From Myxococcota bacterium (GTDB lineage: Bacteria > Myxococcota > Myxococcia > Myxococcales > Myxococcaceae): 58,642 bases of DNA. The stretch spans positions 1 through 58,642 of the forward strand of contig JBMORE010000174.1 in assembly GCA_049322255.1 (NCBI GenBank), in the 5' to 3' direction. Positions 9,277 through 20,207 of this stretch are shown here, one piece after another (the first letter of the stretch is position 1; each line of letters starts with the position of its first letter). Under the pieces are notes generated by a model. The model saw only the letters and a list, made by a program, of their open reading frames with translations. It ran no database searches and was not told the origin of the DNA. The translations under genes were made by a program, and so were the position numbers.

Positions 9277-10337
9277 CCGGCGTTGACCCGCGCAGCCACC
9301 TCGGGCGACTTGGACAGCTTCCAGATGACGCCGTCCATGTAGTAGTGGCCGAAGGTGAAGGACAACCACACCACCGCGCCCCAGGTGTACACGTCCCAGC
9401 GACTCCCCGCGGTGAGCAGCGCGCCGGTATAGATGAACAGATAACCCGAGCCGGCCAGGGCGAGCAGGAAGGCGGCGTAGAGAACGAGGCGCCCCCAACC
9501 CGGCTGCGACAGCCAGCTCACCACAGGCGCGTCGGGGTGGACTCCGCCCTTCCAGGCGTTGCGGTGGTAGAGGCGCACGATGCCCAAGTACTGCAGCCCG
9601 TGCCAGCCGGCGGCCGCGGCGAAAGCGGTGGTGTCATCCGTCTTGATGAAGAGGAAGGGCACCGCGAAGCCCAAGAAGGAACACCCCAGAAAGCCGGCTC
9701 GCAGCCAGGCCCCTTGGGCCCACGGTGCGCGCCACTGACGAAGGCGCTGCACCAAGTAGAGGAAAAAGAGAAAGAGGAACGGCCCCAGGAGCCCGTCGAC
9801 CACCGCACGGGGCAGCGGCAGATGGTGCACCTCGGTGCCAAAGAGCATGCGCGGGCCGGTGTGGAGCCGGTGAAGCAGACACCACGCCACGAAGAGGAAG
9901 AGGAGCGGCTTTTCCAGCCGCATCGCCAGCGAGTTTTCCGGCTCGCCCGAGCGGCGCTGGTAGATGCGCAAGATGCCCCAGCTCTGAGCCACGAAATGCC
10001 ACGTGGCCCAGTAGAGGAGAATCGAATTCAGCGCGCGGGAACCTTCCCGGCCGCCGAAGTGCACCACCGCCACGACCAAGAGCGCAATCACCGCCGGCAC
10101 CACGAGGAGGTGAAAAGGTCGCCGCCGCCACTCGCGGCGGTCGAAGTAGACGCGGCTCCAGGTGGAGACCAGGTGCGGCCCGTTCGAGAACACCGCCACC
10201 GCGGCGAGGATGTAGAAGCTGTTCACCTGGAAGCGCGCCGCCGCCAGCCACGCGAGGAGCACTACGCCCGCGCTGCCGAAGAAGAAGAAGCCGTCGATGG
10301 CCGGCGAGGCGATGAACAGGCTTCTGAGGGTGCTCAT
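9273..10337 (-). CDS. Polytopic membrane protein with four His motifs, function unknown
   Basis: ATG 10337 (MSTLRSLFIA). Many TM helices with motifs NGPH, TWHF, GWHGLQY and GHYYMDG. Confidence 0.8.
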   Translation of the reverse strand: MSTLRSLFIASPAIDGFFFFGSAGVVLLAWLAAARFQVNSFYILAAVAVFSNGPHLVSTWSRVYFDRREWRRRPFHLLVVPAVIALLVVAVVHFGGREGSRALNSILLYWATWHFVAQSWGILRIYQRRSGEPENSLAMRLEKPLLFLFVAWCLLHRLHTGPRMLFGTEVHHLPLPRAVVDGLLGPFLFLFFLYLVQRLRQWRAPWAQGAWLRAGFLGCSFLGFAVPFLFIKTDDTTAFAAAAGWHGLQYLGIVRLYHRNAWKGGVHPDAPVVSWLSQPGWGRLVLYAAFLLALAGSGYLFIYTGALLTAGSRWDVYTWGAVVWLSFTFGHYYMDGVIWKLSKSPEVAARVNAG

Positions 10338-10353
10338 GGACAGGTTTCTTCGA

Positions 10354-10390
10354 AGACCCCCGCCCTCCTCTCGCGGAGGCGCGGGGGTTT
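10354..10390 (-). terminator. Strong hairpin, possible terminator
   Basis: AGACCCCCGCCCTCC-tctcgc-GGAGGCGCGGGGGTTT lies immediately after the stop at 10394. The U-tract is weak. Confidence 0.4.
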
Positions 10391-10393
10391 CCT

Positions 10394-10819
10394 TTAGATG
10401 CGGAAGGTGAAGCGCAGCCCCACGCTCGGATCGGGGTCGAGCCAGCCCACCTCTAGTCCGGCCGAAAGCGAGCCGGACTGGATGCCGAACCCGAACGCCA
10501 CGTGTGCACGTAGCGGAGCGCCCTCGAAGAGAATCCACGGGCCGCCCATGCCTTCGAGGTAGACCCGCCCGCCCGCGAGCTCGCCCCGCAGCTGAAGGTC
10601 GAGCGGTATGCCGATGGTGTTGGGCAGCGTGCTCACCAGCCCGCCGAAGCGGCCTCCGAGGAGAATGTGGCGCGCCAGATGCCCGTCGACCGACACCGTC
10701 AGCTCGAACAGGCCGCGCCGCGTAAGCCAATAGTCGGCACCCAACCCCAGCCGAACCCCCGCCTCGGCGGTCGCCGGCAACAAGGTCGCCAACAACAGTC
10801 CCAACGCGATGCGCTTCAA
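10394..10819 (-). CDS. Small outer-membrane beta-barrel protein
   Basis: TTG start with GGAGG RBS, signal peptide ending AEA, alternating strands, C-terminus VGLRFTFRI. Confidence 0.7.
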   Translation of the reverse strand: MKRIALGLLLATLLPATAEAGVRLGLGADYWLTRRGLFELTVSVDGHLARHILLGGRFGGLVSTLPNTIGIPLDLQLRGELAGGRVYLEGMGGPWILFEGAPLRAHVAFGFGIQSGSLSAGLEVGWLDPDPSVGLRFTFRI

Positions 10820-10864
10820 AGTGCCTCCCGGTCCGTTCAGGTCGCGTGAACGGTAGCCCACTCC

Positions 10865-11567
10865 GTGTCATTCCGGCCACGGTCCCGCGGCCCGCTCCAG
10901 CAGATCGCCGTCGGACGATGGCCGGAACAACTGGTGGTGGACGCCGCCGGACGGGTTTTCGTCAGCTGCCGGCAGGACGGGCGCATCGACGTCATCGACC
11001 GCGACTTCGGCGTCACCTCGGTGCAAGTCGGAGCCGAACCGCGCGGCCTCGCCCTCGACCAGAAGGCGGGCCGGCTCGCCGACACCGCGCCGTACAACTG
11101 GGAAGGCTCTGCGGCGACGCTCGAAGAGAACATTCGCCAAACGGTGCACCGCCGCTTCATCGTCCAGGGTCTACGCCCAGTCACTCGCCCTGTACCCACG
11201 CTCGACCCGTCGCTCGTCGCGCAAGGAAGGCACCTGTTCCACGATGCGGTGGTGGGCTGCGCCGGTTGCCACCCCTCCGACGGAGCTTCCCACGACGTGG
11301 GCAGCATGAGCCGGCGCGAGGACTTGGAGCTACGGCAAATGAGCAAGCAGGCCCCTGCCCCCTCATTCAATACCCCTGACTTGCGCCAGCGCGCCCTCAC
11401 TGCTCCTTATTTGCATGACGGCTCGGCCAAAAAACCTCGAGGCCCTCGTCGCCGAGAACGGGGACAAGATGGGCAAGACCAGCCACCTCTCCGCGGAAGA
11501 AAAAGCCGCTCTGGTCGCGTACTTGAAGACCCTCCAGGCCCCCACTTTGCGCCCGGTCGCTCCTTGA
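10865..11567 (+). pseudogene. Remnant of a YncE-like propeller / c-type cytochrome (peroxidase-like) gene, internally deleted and frameshifted
   Basis: One to two YVTN-like blades fused directly to RLADTAPYNWEG; heme motif CAGCH; FNTPDL...TAPYLHDGS. The typical end (LEALV...LSAEEKAALVAYLKTL*) is in another frame after the A6 run at 11429-11434. Confidence 0.65.
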
Positions 11568-11684
11568 GGTAGAGGAGCGCGCCCGTTTCCTCGAATTCGC
11601 TGGCGTCGTGCCCAGCGGGGAAGTAGTAGGCGCGCGCGACGTGTTACCTCACGATTCTCCACCACTTTTCGGCACTTAAGAGAC

Positions 11685-13793
<2,109 letters not shown>

Positions 13794-14920
13794 CGCCTTT
13801 GAGCGCCCGGCGGAGTCGCTCCACCACCTCTCCGGGCGTCTCGTCTACCTGCCGGCGCGTCACCTGGAAGACCCGCCAACCCAGCGCGGCCAGCCGTGCG
13901 GTGCGCTCGGTGTCCGCCTCGAATGCGCTGCGCGTACCATGCACCGAGAAGCCCATCGCCTCGATGGCGAGATTCGCTCCGGGGTAGGCGAAGTCGATCT
14001 CCCCGGGCTGGCGCTCGGGGTCTTCATAGGCACAACCGGGAATCGGCAAAGGCAAACCGCTGCGCTTGATGAGCCACCACACCCGCACCTCGAGCGCGCT
14101 CCTCAACGGCTTGCCGCGGGCCGCACAGTCGTCGAGCACCTCGTTGAGCGCAGCGATGCCCGGACGTCCCTTGCGACGGAGCTTGCTCAGCCGCCGAAAG
14201 ACCCAATCCGGCGTCGCGATGCCCCGGCGCCAGGCATCTTCCACATTGATGGCCAAGCTGAGCGGGTCGAGCACCGAGGCGAGGTCGATGAGCGTGCGCG
14301 CCGCGCTGGTCACCGGAATGCCCGAACGCACGCGCACGTCCTCCGCGGCGAGGTCTCGGCTGCGATGAACATCCACGCCCGGAGTGCGCACACCGCGCAG
14401 GCGAGGAACGGTGATCTCCGCCGGGGCCGCGCCGATGTCTTCCAGCCGCCAGAGCGCCCCCGCTGCCCTGTGACTGGCCACCGCGCCTCTCCCCGCCCAC
14501 AGACACGCGGCCGCGAGCCGCATCTCGAACGAGACGGGCGCAGCCGGAAGCCGGTAGACGCCGCCGAAGACGGCCACCAGCTTCCGCTCGCTGACCCAGC
14601 GGTAGAACCGGTGCTGCGTTACTCCCGCGGCTTTGGCCAACGCGTACATCGTCAGCCCAACTTCCGCGCACGGCCCGCCCGCCACCAAGCTCTGCGCATC
14701 TACGGGAACCACCTGCCTCGCCGCCACCCTCACCCTCCACCTCCTCACGCCCACAACCTCCAGCAGCTTCACCGCAGATGCATTTCGACTCAAGTCACCC
14801 AACGGGGGGTAAGCATCAACATCATTGCACCCAGAACGCTACGGCTTGCTCCCGTCTCCCCTGAAGCTCCCGGCAAAAGACCGTTCTGGGTGCAATGGTG
14901 TTGGCGCGGGTCACCAAGGC

Positions 14921-15163
14921 CTACCGAGCACCCCAAACACCCTTGCAGAACTCCTCTAGCCCCTTGAGCTTCTTCGTTTCCACTTCGCCATCCTTCAGTG
15001 CTCTGAGGAACATCTGGACACTCCCAGCCTCTCGACCGAAACTGCGCCACCCGGAAATATCGCGGGGAGGGGCGATTGCCAGCTCAGACTCAACAAGGGG
15101 AAGCGAAGAAGGTGGTGACAGATTCCGCCGTCGGATTCTCTCAAACCAGTCCTTCAAGAACAC
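14921..15163 (-). CDS. Short hypothetical ORF or gene remnant in a lower-GC patch
   Basis: 80-aa ORF with atypical codon usage and no recognisable motif. Confidence 0.25.
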   Translation of the reverse strand: MFLKDWFERIRRRNLSPPSSLPLVESELAIAPPRDISGWRSFGREAGSVQMFLRALKDGEVETKKLKGLEEFCKGVWGAR

Positions 15164-15461
15164 CTTGCACCTTGTCGAGGAGACGGAAAGTTGAGGAAGT
15201 AGAAAACGGCGAACGGAACTCTGCCACGGAGTCGGGCTGATGCGCAGAGGAAGACGCCGGAGTTGACCCAGGTTTGAAAGAGGGGAGGCGACTTCCGTGT
15301 GTCAAACCCTCGCTGTGTGTGTTCGTAGTGTGACTCCCCGCAGTGGCGGATTCGACCCACCCAGTTTGCGATCTGCACGTCTTGGCTTGATGGAGGTCAA
15401 CAAGACGAGGGTGAGCCGCCCCGAATCAGTCGCACTGCGGCAGTACAGTGCCGCCAGCGCC

Positions 15462-16479
15462 GTGCCCTTCGCCTTCACGCCCACCGAGCCGTTCGTGCCT
15501 GCCCGAGGGCTTTCGTCGCCCCATGTGCAGACGGTGTTCGGGGCTGTTTCGTCGCCGTGTGCGCCCCCGACTGACGCACGAATGCTGGGGGACACCCGAC
15601 GGCGACTTCCTCGAGCTCGACCTGTGCTTGGCCGCTCCGCAGCGGCCGCACGTGCTGGTGTTGCACGGGCTGGAGGGCAGCTCGCAGAGCGGCTACGTGA
15701 GCGAGGCGATGTCCTGTGCGGCGGCGCGCGGTTTCGGTGCGGTGGCGATGAGCTTCCGGGGCTGCGGCCAGTTACCCAACCGGCACTTACGCTCCTACAA
15801 CTCGGGCGACACCACCGACGCGCGCTGGGTGCTCAACGAGCTCCGAAGGCGCGGAATCGACGGGCCGCTCCTCGGCATCGGCTTTTCGTTGGGCGCCAAC
15901 ATGCTGTTGCGCTTGCTCGGCGAGGATGGTGAGCGCTGCGAGCTTTTCGCCGCCGCGGCCCTTTGCGCGCCTTTCGACCTATCGGCCTGCATGCGCGCAC
16001 TCGACGGTCCGGGCGTTTGGGCACGCATTTACCGCGAGCGACTCCTTCGACCGCTCAAGCAGAAGGCTCTGGAAAAAGCGCAACGCTTCCCCGGTGCGCT
16101 GAAGGCACGCCGCATCGCCGCCGCCCGCACGCTCGAGGCCTTCGACGAAGCGGTGACTGCCCCGCTGTGGGGCTTCTCCAGTGCGGCGGAGTACTACGCC
16201 AAGTGCTCCTCCGGGCCGCTCTTGCCAAGTATTCACCGACCGACACTGCTGTTGTCTGCCGCCGACGATCCGTTCATTCCTGCGAGCGCCTTCCCGGGCA
16301 CCTCGACGTGGGCGAAGCACCCTTTTCTCGCGCCCTTGCTCACCGAAGCCGGAGGGCACGTGGGGCACATCGCCGGTTCGCCGCTGCGCCCCTTCTTCTG
16401 GGCCGAGGCGCAGGCGCTCTCCTTCCTCACGCGTACACTGCAGCTGCTTCTCCTTGCACACGCGGGCGCGGCGCCATAA
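15462..16479 (+). pseudogene. YheT-family alpha/beta hydrolase, frameshifted near the N-terminus
   Basis: The N-terminal motif FVPARGLSSPHVQTVF is in one frame. TPDGDFLELD, LHGLEGS, GFSLG, DDPF and GGHVG are in another. The switch is at the G4 run 15540-15543. Confidence 0.8.
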
Positions 16480-16508
16480 CCATCTTCGGCCTTTCCCGAG
16501 GAGTGACC

Positions 16509-18317
16509 GTGGCGGCCAACGAGCTTCGCACCATCCCCCAGATGCTGCTCCACCGCATCGCGTCGACCCCCGACGCGGTGGCCTTCGAGTACCCGGTGGA
16601 CCACGCGTGGAAGACGCTCACGTGGCGGCAGGTGGGCGAGCGGGTACGCGACATCGCCAGCGGGCTGGGCGCGCTGGGGCTGACCGGGGAAGAGCGCTGC
16701 GCCATCCTCTCCAGCACGCGAATGGAGTGGATTGCCGCCGACCTGGGCATCTTGTGCGCGGGCGGGGCGACCTCGACCATTTACCCCTCCAACACGCCCG
16801 ATGAGTGCGCCTTCATCATCCAAGACTCGAACACCGTCTTCGTCTTCGCCGAGAACGACGACCAGGTGGGCAAGCTCGTGGGCAAGCGCGCCGCGCTGGG
16901 CAAGGTGAAGAAGGTCATCACCTTCGACGGCAAGAGCGGCCAAGACGGCTGGGTCATCACCCTCGCCGAGCTCGAGGAGCTAGGCCGCCGCCACCACGCC
17001 CAGTCGCCCGCCGTGTTCGAGCAGATCGCCCGCGCGGTGAAGCCCGAGGCGTTGGCCACCCTCATCTACACCTCCGGCACCACCGGCCGCCCCAAAGGGG
17101 TGGAGCTGACGCACGACTGTTGGGCTTACGAGGGCGAGGCGATTGACGCGCTCGACCTGCTCCACGCGGACGACGTGCAGTACCTGTGGCTGCCCTTGGC
17201 GCACTCCTTCGGCAAGGTGCTCGAGGCGGCGCAGCTGCGCATCGGCTTTCGCACTGCGGTGGACGGGCGCGTCGAGCGGCTGGTCGACAACCTCGCCCAC
17301 GTGCGTCCGACGTTCGTGGCCGCGGTGCCGCGCATCTTCGAGAAGGTCTACAACAAGGTCGTGGGCCAAGCGCAGCACGCGGGCGGGCTCAAATACGCCA
17401 TCTTCCAGTGGGCTTTCTCGGTGGGCCGCAAGGTGTCTGCCGAGCGACAGGCAGGGCGCCGTGCGGGTGGGCTCTCCTATGCCATCGCCGACAAGCTCGT
17501 CTTCTCCAAGCTCAAGGAGCGCTTCGGCGGGCGTTTACGCTTCTTCGTCTCCGGCAGCGCACCGCTCTCCCGGGAGATGGCCGAGTTCTTCCACGCGGCG
17601 GACATCCTCATTCTCGAGGGCTACGGGCTGACGGAGACGAGCGCGGCCAACTTCGTCAACCTGCCTCACCGCTACCAGTTCGGCACCGTGGGCCCGCCGC
17701 TGCCGGGGGTAGAGGTGAAGATCGCCACCGAGGACAACGAGATCCTCATCCGCTGTCGTGGGGTGATGCGCGGCTACCACAACCTGCCCGAGGCCACCGC
17801 CGAGGCGCTGGACAAGGACGGCTGGATGCACACCGGCGACATCGGCGAGCTGGTGGGGGGAATGCTGCGCATCACCGACCGCAAGAAAGACCTCATCAAG
17901 ACGTCGGGCGGCAAGTACGTGGCGCCGCAAAACCTCGAAGGCAAGCTCAAGGCGATCTCTCCCGTGGCCAGCCAGGTCTTGGTGCACGGCAACAACCGCA
18001 ACTTCTGCTCGGCGCTGGTGGCCCTCGACGAGGAGGCGATCAAGGCCTGGGCGAAAGAGAACGGGCTGGGCAGGCTCTCGTACGCGGAGCTCACCCGGCA
18101 CGAGCGGGTGAAGGAGCTCCTCCAAGGCCACTTCGACCAGCTCAACGCCACCCTCGCCAGCTACGAGACGGTGAAGAAGTTCGCCATCCTCCCCAAAGAC
18201 CTCACCATCGAGGACGGCGACCTCACCGCGAGCATGAAGATCAAGCGCAAGGTGGTGGAGCAGAAGTACAAGGACCTGCTCGACGGCTTCTACGGCGGCG
18301 CCACGCTCAAGGCGTGA
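16509..18317 (+). CDS. fadD: Long-chain fatty acid-CoA ligase (AMP-dependent synthetase)
   Basis: YTSGTTGRPKG, EGYGLTE, TGDIG, DRKKDLI and SGGKYVAP. GTG start after GAGGAG. Confidence 0.93.
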   Translation: MAANELRTIPQMLLHRIASTPDAVAFEYPVDHAWKTLTWRQVGERVRDIASGLGALGLTGEERCAILSSTRMEWIAADLGILCAGGATSTIYPSNTPDECAFIIQDSNTVFVFAENDDQVGKLVGKRAALGKVKKVITFDGKSGQDGWVITLAELEELGRRHHAQSPAVFEQIARAVKPEALATLIYTSGTTGRPKGVELTHDCWAYEGEAIDALDLLHADDVQYLWLPLAHSFGKVLEAAQLRIGFRTAVDGRVERLVDNLAHVRPTFVAAVPRIFEKVYNKVVGQAQHAGGLKYAIFQWAFSVGRKVSAERQAGRRAGGLSYAIADKLVFSKLKERFGGRLRFFVSGSAPLSREMAEFFHAADILILEGYGLTETSAANFVNLPHRYQFGTVGPPLPGVEVKIATEDNEILIRCRGVMRGYHNLPEATAEALDKDGWMHTGDIGELVGGMLRITDRKKDLIKTSGGKYVAPQNLEGKLKAISPVASQVLVHGNNRNFCSALVALDEEAIKAWAKENGLGRLSYAELTRHERVKELLQGHFDQLNATLASYETVKKFAILPKDLTIEDGDLTASMKIKRKVVEQKYKDLLDGFYGGATLKA

Positions 18318-18320
18318 GAC

Positions 18321-19079
18321 TTACTTCAAGGCACGGGCAAAGAAGTACGCCGTGAGCACCCAGCCGATCGCCACCACCAAGCGGCGCATGTAACGCGGGT
18401 CGAGCCGGCGAGCCCAGGACGCACCGCCGAAGCCTCCCGCCATGGCGGCGGCGATCATCACCGCTGCCTGGTCCCAAGCGACCTTTCCCGCCACCACGAA
18501 GGTGACGACCGCCACCCCGTTGATGAGCACCGCCAGCACCGATTTCACTCCGTTCATCCGGTGGATGTCGCTTAAGCCTGCGAGCGACAGCACGGCCAAG
18601 AGCATCAGCCCCATGCCCCCGCCGAAGTAGCCACCGTAGGAGGCGACCAGAAGCTGCGCCAGCGCGGTGGGTAAGCGGCCCATGGCGTGGGTACGCCCAG
18701 GCAGCCGGCGCTGTATCGCCTCGCCGAAGGTGAAGACCAAGGTGGCAGTGAGCAGCAGAACGGGAAGCACCGCCAAGAAGACCGCGGGCGGCGTTTTCAC
18801 CAAGAGCAGCGCTCCCAGCACCCCTCCCACGAGGCTGGGCATCCCCAGCCACAGCCACGCGGCGCCTTCACCGGGAAGCTCGCGGCGGTACCCGACGGCG
18901 GCGGCAGCCGAGCCTGGCCACAGCGCCACCGTGCTGGTGGCGTTGGCTTCGATGGGGCCGACTCCGGTGAGGAGCAGCGTGGGTAAGGTGAGGAAGCTGC
19001 CCCCACCGGCGAACGAGTTCAAGGCGCCGCCCGCCGCCGCGGCCACCGCCAAGAGCGCTCCCTCCTGCCAGCTCATCAC
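18321..19079 (-). CDS. TauE/SafE family (sulfite exporter-like) membrane protein
   Basis: NSFAGGGSFLTLP, ANATSTVALWPG and YGGYFGGGMG motifs. Confidence 0.9.
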   Translation of the reverse strand: MMSWQEGALLAVAAAAGGALNSFAGGGSFLTLPTLLLTGVGPIEANATSTVALWPGSAAAAVGYRRELPGEGAAWLWLGMPSLVGGVLGALLLVKTPPAVFLAVLPVLLLTATLVFTFGEAIQRRLPGRTHAMGRLPTALAQLLVASYGGYFGGGMGLMLLAVLSLAGLSDIHRMNGVKSVLAVLINGVAVVTFVVAGKVAWDQAAVMIAAAMAGGFGGASWARRLDPRYMRRLVVAIGWVLTAYFFARALK

Positions 19080-19088
19080 CCCTTGACG

Positions 19089-20060
19089 CTACGCCAACCT
19101 CTCTTCGCGCGCGCCTTTGCCGAGAGCGAAGCGCGCAATCAACGGCACATGGTCGGACAGCCCGTGGAACCGGCCGGTGACGTCGCCGAACCTCGCCGTT
19201 CCATCGAGGTCCAGCCAGCGCAAGTGACCGCCGGCGAAGAGATGATCCAAGTGCATGCGCATGCGCATGAAGCCCGCGGTGGGGAACTCCCGGTGGTCGC
19301 CGCCGTTGATCTGCCCCAGCGCTTGCTGGGCGCCGACGAAGCCGCCCTCCTGGGTGAGGTAGTCATAGACCGGTGAGCCCGGCGGCGAGTTGAAGTCGCC
19401 ACAGACGATGAAGGGCTCGTGGCGAGCACGACGACCCACGAAGTCGGTCAGCGCACGCGCCTCGTGCAGCTGGTTCGGCCCATGGCCCATCTTTTCTTTC
19501 TGCGCCCAGAAGCGCCGCACAAACGGCGTCGGAAGGCTCAAGTGGGTGTTGAAGACGTGGAAGTGGCGCCCGTGCGAGTCGGCGAGTCGCATGTGCGCGC
19601 AGATTCGACTCTGCTTGCGGTCTTTCCAGCGCTTGAGGTGGTGGTGGGTGATGTGCTCGGGCGCGGCCACGTTGTGCACATCGACGCGCAGCGTCTTCAT
19701 GTTCACCAGCATCGCCAGCCCCGTGGTGTAGAGGGGCGTGCGGCCGAGCCGGTAGCTGTGCGCGCGGAAGTAGAAGGCCTCGTAGGGAATCTCCGTCTCC
19801 GCCGCCTGGAAGGCCGCCTCGAGCCGGCCCATGAAGGCCTCGAGCTGGGTCTCCCCGTCATGACCCGCGCGGTGGGCGACGCGGCTGCGCAGCGAGATGG
19901 TTTCCACCTCTTGCAGACAAACGATGTCGGGCAAGGGAGCGAGGGTGAGCAGCGCCGCCGAGATGCGCCGCTTGGGCCCGATGGTGCTGGCGATGCCCCT
20001 GAGCGCATGGCCGAAGTAGCGAACGTTGTAGCTCACGATGCGAAGCGCTGACTCGACCAT
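19089..20060 (-). CDS. Endonuclease/exonuclease/phosphatase (EEP) family protein
   Basis: SYNV, DIVCLQEVE, NTHL, CGDFN, LDHL and SDHVP. Confidence 0.9.
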   Translation of the reverse strand: MVESALRIVSYNVRYFGHALRGIASTIGPKRRISAALLTLAPLPDIVCLQEVETISLRSRVAHRAGHDGETQLEAFMGRLEAAFQAAETEIPYEAFYFRAHSYRLGRTPLYTTGLAMLVNMKTLRVDVHNVAAPEHITHHHLKRWKDRKQSRICAHMRLADSHGRHFHVFNTHLSLPTPFVRRFWAQKEKMGHGPNQLHEARALTDFVGRRARHEPFIVCGDFNSPPGSPVYDYLTQEGGFVGAQQALGQINGGDHREFPTAGFMRMRMHLDHLFAGGHLRWLDLDGTARFGDVTGRFHGLSDHVPLIARFALGKGAREERLA

Positions 20061-20207
20061 GCGCCTTGACAACATACCTACCTTGAAGCCTGTTCTCTTT
20101 CTGGGCACCCTGGAGTGTCGACGCGCCTACGGGTGCGCGTCTTGATGCTTCAACCATGGGACTTCACTTGACGTTTTTGGGGTCTTTCCCTTGCAGACCG
20201 CCCGGGC

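Noticed and set aside
15344..15362. T-arm-like GGTGG-GTCGAAT-CCGCC-A on the minus strand as a tRNA
   Set aside because: The loop is non-canonical, and no acceptor, D or anticodon arms can be built.
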